Below are positions 1-7,072 of a DNA stretch of 48,943 nucleotides, piece by piece (positions within the stretch are counted from its first letter, which is position 1; each line of letters begins with the position of its first letter). The position numbers and the translations under genes were made by a program. The stretch is from Thermoanaerobaculia bacterium (GTDB lineage Bacteria; Acidobacteriota; Thermoanaerobaculia; Gp7-AA8), in assembly GCA_034663965.1 (NCBI GenBank), contig JAXDIO010000291.1:1-48943 (forward strand), read 5' to 3'. The notes beneath the pieces were generated by a model. That model was not told the origin of the DNA. It was given only the letters and a program-made list of their open reading frames with translations, and made no database searches.

Positions 1-30
1 AAGGCCGCGAAAAAGATCTGATGATTCCAA

Positions 31-55
31 GTTGCCGGACGCTCTGTCCGGCAAC
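31..55 (+). terminator. Perfect 10-bp stem / 5-nt loop hairpin (gttgccggac-gctct-gtccggcaac) after an in-frame TGA at 19-21. Possibly the terminator of a gene ending just upstream of the window.
   Basis: Read directly from the sequence. No T-tract follows (ttcccc), so intrinsic-terminator function is unproven. Confidence 0.35.
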
Positions 56-72
56 TTCCCCGTTCGCCTGCG

Positions 73-2076
73 ATGACTACTCGACGCGCAACCGCGCTGT
101 TCGGCGGCCTCTCGCTGCTCGCAGTCATTGCGCGATTGTTCCAACTGCAGGGGCTCCATCCGCTGGTCTGGGATGAGATCGAATTCTTCCGCGCCACCGA
201 CTGGGTGCGCCGCGGGCTCGTTCCGTATCGCGATTTCTGGGAGCACCACACGCCGTTGCAGTGGTTCCTCTTCGCGCCGGTCACCGCGTTGACGAACAGC
301 ACCGGCGTGAGCGCGATCCTGCTGATGCGCTGGGCGCAGCTGCCACTCTGGATCCTTACGTTCATCCTTCTGCGCGGCTGGATGCGCCGCGCGGGCATCT
401 CGGCGTTCGCGGCATGGACGGCGATCACGCTCGTGCTCTGCAGCACGCTCTTCATGCTGCCCGCGGTCGAGTACCGCGTGGACGTCCTCGGATGCGCGAT
501 CTATATCGCGGCGCTCTTTTTTCTCCAGCGCATCGGAGATTCGGGGGTCGGGGGTCGGGGGTCGGAGCGCTCATTGGCATCGGCAATTGCTCCGACACCC
601 GACACCCGACACCCGACTCCCAGCGGTCCAAAGTTCGCTTTCCTCGGCGGCGCGATCCTTTGCATGGCCGGCCTCGCCAATCTGCGACTCGGTCCGCTGG
701 CCGTGCTCACGCTCCTGCTCGTTCGCGTCGTGCGCACGCGCGACCGCGCCTGGGGCGGCAACGCCCGCGCGAACTGGTGTTTCGCCGGCGCCGCGGCGGC
801 GTTCGGCGCTGCATGCGTTTACTTTGCGGCAACGCATTCCGCGCGCATGGCCTGGCAGCGGCTGTGGAGCGACAACTTCCTCGCCGACCGATTCGCGCAA
901 GCGCCGGTCGACTGGATGTTCGCGCACCGTTTCGCCGTCGCGTTCGGAGTCCGCCTCGTAGACTCCGCGCCGAATTTTCAACTCTCGGCCGTCGATCCGG
1001 GCGGCATCGCCATTCTCGTGATCGGCGGCATCGGCGTCGTGCGCGCGTTGCGCCGCGGCTTCCGCGCGCCCAGCGATGACTTCTTCCTCGCGTTTCTGCA
1101 GGTCGCGAATCTCCTCTTCATCGCGGCGATGAAGTACGTCTTCAACTACCACCTCGAGATCGCCGTGCTGCTGACGGCGCCGCTCGTCGCGATCGAGATC
1201 GATCGCTTTGCGACTTCCGACTCACGCCGCCGCGCGCTGATCGCGCTCGTAGTTATCGCCGCAACGGTCAACATCGCCGCCGCCGTTTTCCGCGGCAAGG
1301 AGAGCGACACCGTCTACGAAGACTTCGTCATGCGCGAAGCCGACCGCCGCACGCCGCCCGGCGCGAAGGTCTTCGACAGCGTCGGCTGGCCGCTGCATCG
1401 CGATCCCGCCTACCGCTACTGGTTCCTGCGCGCGAACGTCTTCGTGATGGAGGAGCACAAACTCTTCGAGCCGTACACGATCGCGGACGTTCTGCGCGAT
1501 CCGCCCGCGGCCGTCATCGCTGACTACGACGTCCGCAAGTGGCTGGCCGCGCATCGTCCATTCGGCGAATTCATCGTCACGCACTACCTCCCGCTCTGGC
1601 GCGAGATCTGGCTGCCGGGGATGTCCGCCCGCGTCACGCCGCTCGCACCGGCAGCAAGATGGATGGTGCTTGCGGACGGCACGTACGACGTCTACGCGTC
1701 GACGAATCTCGCCTCCCATCCGTGGTACCGCCAGCCTCTCGATTTCGAACGTCCGCTCTGGCGCGGCGTCGGTCCGCCAACGCCAGCCGACCGCGGCGCG
1801 CACATCGACTGGTTCATCGACGGCGCTCCGATTTCCGCGACGACTACGCTCACGCTCCGACGCGGACAACGGCTCGACGCGATCTCGCACGAGTCGCTGC
1901 CGGTTGGCATCATGCTCATCGACGCACCCAACGACGCCGCCTTCTGTCAGCCGCCGCGCGGCACCACGCTCGAAGCCTCCGATCCGCCGCGCTGGCACAT
2001 CCCCGACCTCGGCGCGCTGCTCCAACTCGCCCGCGGCACGGACGCGGTCGTGCCGCGTACTCCGTGTCGGCGCTGA
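73..2076 (+). CDS. Integral membrane glycosyltransferase, GT-C fold (GT39/ArnT/PMT_2-like), with a large C-terminal soluble domain
   Basis: 667-aa ORF with ATG start and many hydrophobic helices. The first-loop motif HPLVWDEIEFF...PYRDFWEHHTP is typical of polyprenyl-phosphate-sugar dependent GT-C enzymes. Overlapping ORFs in other frames are Arg/Pro-rich high-GC artefacts. Confidence 0.7.
   Translation: MTTRRATALFGGLSLLAVIARLFQLQGLHPLVWDEIEFFRATDWVRRGLVPYRDFWEHHTPLQWFLFAPVTALTNSTGVSAILLMRWAQLPLWILTFILLRGWMRRAGISAFAAWTAITLVLCSTLFMLPAVEYRVDVLGCAIYIAALFFLQRIGDSGVGGRGSERSLASAIAPTPDTRHPTPSGPKFAFLGGAILCMAGLANLRLGPLAVLTLLLVRVVRTRDRAWGGNARANWCFAGAAAAFGAACVYFAATHSARMAWQRLWSDNFLADRFAQAPVDWMFAHRFAVAFGVRLVDSAPNFQLSAVDPGGIAILVIGGIGVVRALRRGFRAPSDDFFLAFLQVANLLFIAAMKYVFNYHLEIAVLLTAPLVAIEIDRFATSDSRRRALIALVVIAATVNIAAAVFRGKESDTVYEDFVMREADRRTPPGAKVFDSVGWPLHRDPAYRYWFLRANVFVMEEHKLFEPYTIADVLRDPPAAVIADYDVRKWLAAHRPFGEFIVTHYLPLWREIWLPGMSARVTPLAPAARWMVLADGTYDVYASTNLASHPWYRQPLDFERPLWRGVGPPTPADRGAHIDWFIDGAPISATTTLTLRRGQRLDAISHESLPVGIMLIDAPNDAAFCQPPRGTTLEASDPPRWHIPDLGALLQLARGTDAVVPRTPCRR
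541..620. repeat. Heptad-armed palindrome: (TCGGGGG)x3-TCGGAGC / 20-nt spacer / GCTCCGA-(CACCCGA)x3. Lies inside the CDS 73..2076.
   Basis: Arms read directly from the sequence. There is one G-opposite-A mismatch per heptad, always at heptad position 6. Translated in frame as SGVGGRGSERSLASAIAPTPDTRHPTPSG. Confidence 0.85.
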
Positions 2077-2098
2077 GGCGATCTCTTGCTCAGGCACT

Positions 2099-2223
2099 GC
2101 ATCTTGCCAAAGCACAGACAAGAGTGTCTGTGCCACACCGGCTCGTGCATGCACAAGCAATCCTGCAAGTACGGCAGGGTTCATGTGGCATAGACACTCT
2201 TGTCTGTGCTGGTGAGGCTCGCG
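2099..2223. repeat. Composite element made of two inverted GCACAGACA-N4-TGTCTGTGC mini-hairpins (2112-2133 and 2188-2209) with characteristic tails (gcatcttgccaa / ctggtgaggctcgcg)
   Basis: The same hairpin core and tails recur at 5840-5961 and 9713-9836. Confidence 0.85.
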
Positions 2224-2274
2224 ACGCTTGAGAAGATCAACGCCGCCGCGCCGCGAATACAATACGCGGCCCTT

Positions 2275-3582
2275 ATGACTCATCGCTCCATCGGCATTCT
2301 CGGCGGCGGCATCTCCGGAGTCGCACTCGCCTCCTTCCTCGGCGACGACGTTGAGGTTGTCGAGCGGCGCCACAGCATCGGCGGCCTGTGCGGAACCATC
2401 GTCGAAGACGGCTTCACCTTCGACGCCGCCGGACCGCACATCATGTTCAGCAAAAACAAAGAGGTGCTGAACCTGATGGTCGAGACGCTCGGCGACAACG
2501 TCCATCAGCGCCGCCGCGAGAACAAGATCTGGTTCAAGGGCCGTTTCGTGAAGTACCCGTTCGAGAACGATCTGGCCGCGCTGCCGCCCGAGGACAACTT
2601 CGACTGCATCTACGAATACATCGTCAATCCGCGCGCGGACGACACGCCGGCGAACCTCGCGGAGTGGTCGTACAAAACGTTCGGCGCCGGAATCTCGGAG
2701 AAGTACTTCATCCCGTACAACGAGAAGATCTGGAACTATCCGGCCACGAAGCTCGGCCTCGAATTCGTCGAGCGCATTCCGAAGCCGCCGATGGAGGATG
2801 TGCTCAAGTCATCGATCGGCATTTCGACCGAGGGGTATCTGCACCAGTTGCACTTCTACTATCCGGTCGAGGGCGGATACGAATCGCTCGTGCACGCCTT
2901 CGCGAAGAACGTTCGCGGCGACATTCGCACGAACTGGCGCGTCGCCTCCGTCGCGCGCGACGGCAACCGCTGGCGCGTGGCCTCGGCTGACGGTGAGGAG
3001 CGCACGTACGACACGCTCGTCTCCACACTGCCGATTCACGAATTGCTGAAAGTCTGGACGGACGCGCCCGACGACGTGCACAAGCTCGCCGCCACGCTCC
3101 GCTACAACTCGCTGATCAATGTCCTCATCGGATGCAACGAAGATCGTGGCTATCCCTACACCGCGCTCTACGTCCCCGATCCGAGTCTCCTCTTTCACCG
3201 TCTCTCGTTCCCGAAAGCGTTCAGCGAGCATTGCGTGCCGGCGGGATCGTCATCGGTCATGGCGGAGATCACCACGAACGAAGGCGGCGACGGCGTGTGG
3301 GAGATGTCGGACGAGGCAATCATCGACCGCACCATCCGTGAACTGGAGATGACCGGCCTCGTCGATCCGAGCACCATCGTCTACCGCAAAGCGATCCGCT
3401 TCCTCTACGGCTATCCGGTTTACGACCTCGACTATCGCGCCAACGTTACCGCGATGCGCACCGCCGTCGCCGCCACCGGCCTGCACCTGCTCGGGCGATT
3501 TGCGCAGTTCGACTACATCAATAGCGATGTGTGCATCGAACGCGCTCTTGCGCTTTCGAAGCTGTTAGCTGTTAGCTCTTAG
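2275..3582 (+). CDS. FAD-dependent oxidoreductase (amine-oxidase / UDP-galactopyranose-mutase-like fold)
   Basis: N-terminal dinucleotide-binding motif IGILGGGISGVALA...VVERRHSIGG, followed by GPHIMFSKNKEV. I prefer the ATG at 2275 because the TTG at 2200 lies inside the upstream repeat. The last residues (LLAVSS) and the TAG stop are encoded by the repeat at 3561-3657. Confidence 0.7.
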   Translation: MTHRSIGILGGGISGVALASFLGDDVEVVERRHSIGGLCGTIVEDGFTFDAAGPHIMFSKNKEVLNLMVETLGDNVHQRRRENKIWFKGRFVKYPFENDLAALPPEDNFDCIYEYIVNPRADDTPANLAEWSYKTFGAGISEKYFIPYNEKIWNYPATKLGLEFVERIPKPPMEDVLKSSIGISTEGYLHQLHFYYPVEGGYESLVHAFAKNVRGDIRTNWRVASVARDGNRWRVASADGEERTYDTLVSTLPIHELLKVWTDAPDDVHKLAATLRYNSLINVLIGCNEDRGYPYTALYVPDPSLLFHRLSFPKAFSEHCVPAGSSSVMAEITTNEGGDGVWEMSDEAIIDRTIRELEMTGLVDPSTIVYRKAIRFLYGYPVYDLDYRANVTAMRTAVAATGLHLLGRFAQFDYINSDVCIERALALSKLLAVSS

Positions 3583-3657
3583 CTATCAGGGGAACGGAAC
3601 AGCCGTGCGATCTGACCTCGTTCCCCTGAGAGCTAACAGCTAAGAGCCAAGAGCTAA
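3561..3657. repeat. Heptad-armed palindrome, unit GTTAGCT (tgttagc tgttagc tcttagc tatcagg ggaacg / spacer / complement)
   Basis: Arms read directly. The element fills the whole gap between the stop at 3580-3582 and the ATG at 3658. Confidence 0.85.
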
Positions 3658-4395
3658 ATGTACGAATCGTCGAACTACCAATACTTCGAAGACGTCAACT
3701 GGGGCTTGCTCCGTCTCTGGGGCGGCCGCAAAAACCTCGACATCCTCGACGTCGGCTGCGGATTTGCAACGACCTCGCAACACATCGAGAAGCGCGGCAA
3801 CCGCGTCACCGGAATCGAGTCGAGCGCGGAAGCGGTCGCGGTCGCGCGCACGCGTGTGAGCGAAGTCATTCACGCCGATCTGCAAAACCATCCGCTGGCC
3901 GGCCGTCGCTTCGACGTCATCATCTTCGCGGACGTTCTCGAACATCTCGCCTGGCCCATCGGCGTCCTTCGCAGCTATCTCGATCTGCTCAAGGACGGCG
4001 GCAGCGTCATCGTCTCGCTTCCGAACGTCGGACTCTGGTCCGTGCGCCTCAACCTGCTGCTCGGCCGTTTCCGCTACGAGGAAACCGGCGTCCTCGATCG
4101 CACGCATCTCCGCTTCTTCACGCGCCGCACCGCGCGCGAGATGATCGAATCGACAGGACTCGAAATCATTCGGCGCACATACAATCCCGGCCTCGTGCGT
4201 CCGTTCGTTCCACTCGCGAAAAAACTCCTCGGCGGAGGCGGCGCGACCGACTCGCACGATCCGTCGTCGCTGCTCGAGTCGCGCCCGTACAAGCTCTACC
4301 TGAAAACGATTTATCCGATCGAACGCGTCGTTGCCTCCGCGTGGCCCGGCGCGCTCGCGTTCCAGATGATTTTCGAAGCTCGCAGGAAACCATGA
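3658..4395 (+). CDS. Class I SAM-dependent methyltransferase
   Basis: Motif I ILDVGCGFATT, followed by FDVIIFADVLEHL and GGSVIVSLPN (Methyltransf_11/23-like). Confidence 0.85.
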   Translation: MYESSNYQYFEDVNWGLLRLWGGRKNLDILDVGCGFATTSQHIEKRGNRVTGIESSAEAVAVARTRVSEVIHADLQNHPLAGRRFDVIIFADVLEHLAWPIGVLRSYLDLLKDGGSVIVSLPNVGLWSVRLNLLLGRFRYEETGVLDRTHLRFFTRRTAREMIESTGLEIIRRTYNPGLVRPFVPLAKKLLGGGGATDSHDPSSLLESRPYKLYLKTIYPIERVVASAWPGALAFQMIFEARRKP

Positions 4396-5060
4396 AACTC
4401 ACCATCTCCATGATCACGCTCAACGAGGAGCGCGCGGTCGCGAAGGTCGTCGGCGACATTCGCGGCGTCGTGCCGGATGCGGAGATCTTCCTCGTCGATT
4501 CGAGCAAGGACCGCACCGCGGAAATCGCCACGGATCTCGGCTGCCGCGTCTTCAAGCAATTCCCGCCGAAGGGCTACGGACCAGCGATGGATCGCGCCGT
4601 CCGCGACGCCGCGGGCGACATCGTCATCACGCTCGACTGCGACGACACGTATCCTGTCGAAACGATCCCGACGATGGTTGCGCTGATCGACGAAGGCTAC
4701 GACCTCGTCAACGCCACGCGTCTGGCGAAGCGGCCGAAGGCGATGCCATTCGCGAACTACCTCGCCAACCGCATCTTCGCCTGGACCGCGCGGCTGTTTC
4801 ACGGCATCCGCACCACCGACGTGCACAGCGGCATGCGCGCGTATCGCAAGTCGATGCTGGAAAAGGTGACGTGGGATCCGAACGGCCCGGCCTTGCCGGT
4901 GGACATGCTCGTGATTCCGTACCGCATGGGTTACCGCGTCGCCGAGATCCCGATCGAATACCGCGACCGCATCGGCGCGTCGACGCTGCAGCGGTGGAAC
5001 TCGACGGTGTGGACATTCAAACGCTTGTGGCGCGCGCGAAACGTAAAGCGACGGGGATAA
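4392..5060 (+). CDS. GT2 family glycosyltransferase (polyprenyl/dolichyl-phosphate sugar synthase-like)
   Basis: MKLTISMITLNEE... with DSSKDRT and TLDCDDTYP (DxD-type) motifs. The ATG at 4392 overlaps the upstream stop (ATGA), so I prefer it to the 4341 start. Confidence 0.85.
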   Translation: MKLTISMITLNEERAVAKVVGDIRGVVPDAEIFLVDSSKDRTAEIATDLGCRVFKQFPPKGYGPAMDRAVRDAAGDIVITLDCDDTYPVETIPTMVALIDEGYDLVNATRLAKRPKAMPFANYLANRIFAWTARLFHGIRTTDVHSGMRAYRKSMLEKVTWDPNGPALPVDMLVIPYRMGYRVAEIPIEYRDRIGASTLQRWNSTVWTFKRLWRARNVKRRG

Positions 5061-5068
5061 AAGCAAAT

Positions 5069-5170
5069 GTTGAATGTTGAATGTTCAATGTTGAATGTTG
5101 AATGGAAGCGGAGTCGGTCGTGACCCCTCCATTCAACATTGAACATTTAACATTCAACATTCAACATTCG
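5069..5170. repeat. Heptad-armed palindrome, unit GTTGAAT (5 units + gg / 23-nt spacer / complement)
   Basis: Read directly. The left arm ends in the ATG at 5102. The right arm is translated as PFNIEHLTFNIQHS. Confidence 0.9.
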
Positions 5171-5839
5171 TCTCCTCCGAAAATAGCGATCCTCGCCGGC
5201 GGCTTCGGCACCCGCCTCGGTGATCTAACCCGCGGCCTTCCCAAGCCGATGATCCCGATCAACGGACGCCCGTACCTCGAACGAGTCATCGACTCCTTCG
5301 CCCGCCGCGGATTGCGCGACATCGTCCTGCTGACGGGATATCGCGCCGAGGTCATCGAAGAGCATTTTGGGGATGGCGAGAAGTTCGGCGTGACCATCAC
5401 CTACAGCCGCGAAACGCAGCCCCTCGGCACCGGCGGCGCGATCCGCGAGGCGCGCGCGCTTCTCGGCGAAAACTTTGTGATGACCTACGGCGATGTGCTG
5501 CGCTATTTCGACTACGACCGCTTCGTGACCGCGCATGACGAACCGTGCGTGGCCGTCTACCCGCGCCGGACGATCGGCAACGTGGACGTCGATGGCGATC
5601 GCGTCATCCGCTTTGATAAACATGTGCCTGAACTGCCATACATCGACGCCGGCTTTTCGCTGATGCCGTCCAGCATCATCGACCTGCTGCCGCCGTCCGG
5701 ACCGTGTTCGTTCGAAGAGTCGATCTTCCCACTGCTCGCTGCTGAGCGCCGGCTCGCGTGCGAAATCGTCGATCACAATTTCTTCGACATCGGGACGCCG
5801 GAGGAGCTCGCGCGAACGACTAGTGGATTAGTCGATTAG
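5102..5839 (+). CDS. Sugar-1-phosphate nucleotidyltransferase (NTP_transferase family)
   Basis: KIAILAGGFGTRLG...LPKPMIPINGRPYLE...TGGAIREA motifs. The only in-frame starts upstream of the G-loop are ATG 5102 and GTG 5120, both inside the repeat. Confidence 0.8.
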   Translation: MEAESVVTPPFNIEHLTFNIQHSSPPKIAILAGGFGTRLGDLTRGLPKPMIPINGRPYLERVIDSFARRGLRDIVLLTGYRAEVIEEHFGDGEKFGVTITYSRETQPLGTGGAIREARALLGENFVMTYGDVLRYFDYDRFVTAHDEPCVAVYPRRTIGNVDVDGDRVIRFDKHVPELPYIDAGFSLMPSSIIDLLPPSGPCSFEESIFPLLAAERRLACEIVDHNFFDIGTPEELARTTSGLVD

Positions 5840-5961
5840 GTGTGGCACAGACACTCTTGTCTGTGCTGGTGAGGCTCGCGAAAATGGTGAAAGAAAATCC
5901 GCTTCAGAAGGTTCCGCCAGCATATCTTGCCAAAGCACAGACAAGAGTGTCTGTGCCACAC
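5840..5961. repeat. Composite of two GCACAGACA-N4-TGTCTGTGC mini-hairpins (5845-5866, 5935-5956), with the tails facing inward
   Basis: Same core as 2099-2223, but the two halves are in swapped order. Confidence 0.85.
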
Positions 5962-6002
5962 TAATCCTCTCGCTAACTTCATCCACTAATCTACTAACCC
6001 AC

Positions 6003-6965
6003 ATGCGAATCGTCGTTACCGGCGCGGCCGGATTCATTGCCACCAATCTTCTCGAACGTCTTCTCGCCGAAGGGCATGAGGTTCACGGCATCGACAACTT
6101 TTTTCTCGGCAAGCGCGAGTACGTCGCGCGGTCGCTGGAGAAGCCGGGCTTCACGTTTCACGAATTCGATCTGCTCGATCGCGATCGCGTCGTCGCGCTG
6201 TTTCAGCGGCTGCGGCCGGAACTGGTGTGGCATCTCGCCGCGAACAGCGACATCAGCTACGGCACCAGCTACACCGATTTCGATCTCAAGGGCGGCACGC
6301 TGGTCACGTACAACCTGCTCGAGGCGATGCGCGTTTCGAATACGAAGCAGCTCATCTTCTCCAGCAGCGGCGCGATCTACGGCGAGCCGACCATTCTGCC
6401 GACGCCGGAAAATTACGGACCGCTGTTTCCGATCTCGTTTTACGCGGCCAGCAAGATCGCCTGCGAGACTCTGATCACTGCGTTCGCGGCGGGATACCAG
6501 ATGAAGTGCTGGATCTTCCGATTCGGCAACATCGTCGGTGGTTATCCGACCCACGGCGTCATCCACGATTTCGTCCTCAAGCTCCAGCGCGATCCGACCC
6601 GCCTCGAAATCCTCGGCGACGGCACGCAGTCGAAGCCGTACGTGCACGTCGAGGATTGTCTCGACGGGATGATGTTCGGCCACGCCACCGCGAAGGACCT
6701 CGTTAACTGCTACAACCTCGCCGTCCCCGACTGGACCTCGGTCAACCAAATCGCGGAGTGGACGATCGAGGCGATGGGCCTCGATCCCGCGAAGGTCGCG
6801 ATCACGCGAACCGGCGGTTCGCGCGGCTGGCCCGGCGACGTACCCAAAGTCCGCCTCGACACCGCGCGCATGACCGCGCTCGGCTGGACTCCGAAGATGG
6901 GCAGCAACGAAGCGGTGCGCCGCTCGATTCGCGAGACCGTCGCGCAGTTTGTCGGAGCGACGTAG
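6003..6965 (+). CDS. NAD-dependent epimerase/dehydratase (extended SDR, UDP-glucose 4-epimerase-like)
   Basis: MRIVVTGAAGFIATNL Rossmann motif; catalytic YAASK. Confidence 0.9.
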   Translation: MRIVVTGAAGFIATNLLERLLAEGHEVHGIDNFFLGKREYVARSLEKPGFTFHEFDLLDRDRVVALFQRLRPELVWHLAANSDISYGTSYTDFDLKGGTLVTYNLLEAMRVSNTKQLIFSSSGAIYGEPTILPTPENYGPLFPISFYAASKIACETLITAFAAGYQMKCWIFRFGNIVGGYPTHGVIHDFVLKLQRDPTRLEILGDGTQSKPYVHVEDCLDGMMFGHATAKDLVNCYNLAVPDWTSVNQIAEWTIEAMGLDPAKVAITRTGGSRGWPGDVPKVRLDTARMTALGWTPKMGSNEAVRRSIRETVAQFVGAT

Positions 6966-7064
6966 CGCCGTCGGCCCGACGGCTGGACCGCCGCCGGCTC
7001 GGCGGCAAGAGTCAAAGCGCCAGCGAGCCGCTGGCGGTACAGCCGACGAGCCGTCGGCGCTACG
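6961..7064. repeat. GC-rich compound palindrome: a chain of four short hairpins closed by the outer inverted repeat cgtagcgcc...ggcgctacg
   Basis: Read directly. It occupies the convergent gap and contains the TAG stop of the epimerase gene. Confidence 0.75.
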
Positions 7065-7072
7065 AACGACCG

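Noticed and set aside
5069-5105. Short 7-nt tandem arrays (here and at 19509, 46464, 48257) considered as a CRISPR-like or simple microsatellite
   Set aside because: The units are contiguous with no spacers. There are only 3-5 copies, and each array is paired with its own reverse complement. I treated them as palindromic repeat elements instead.
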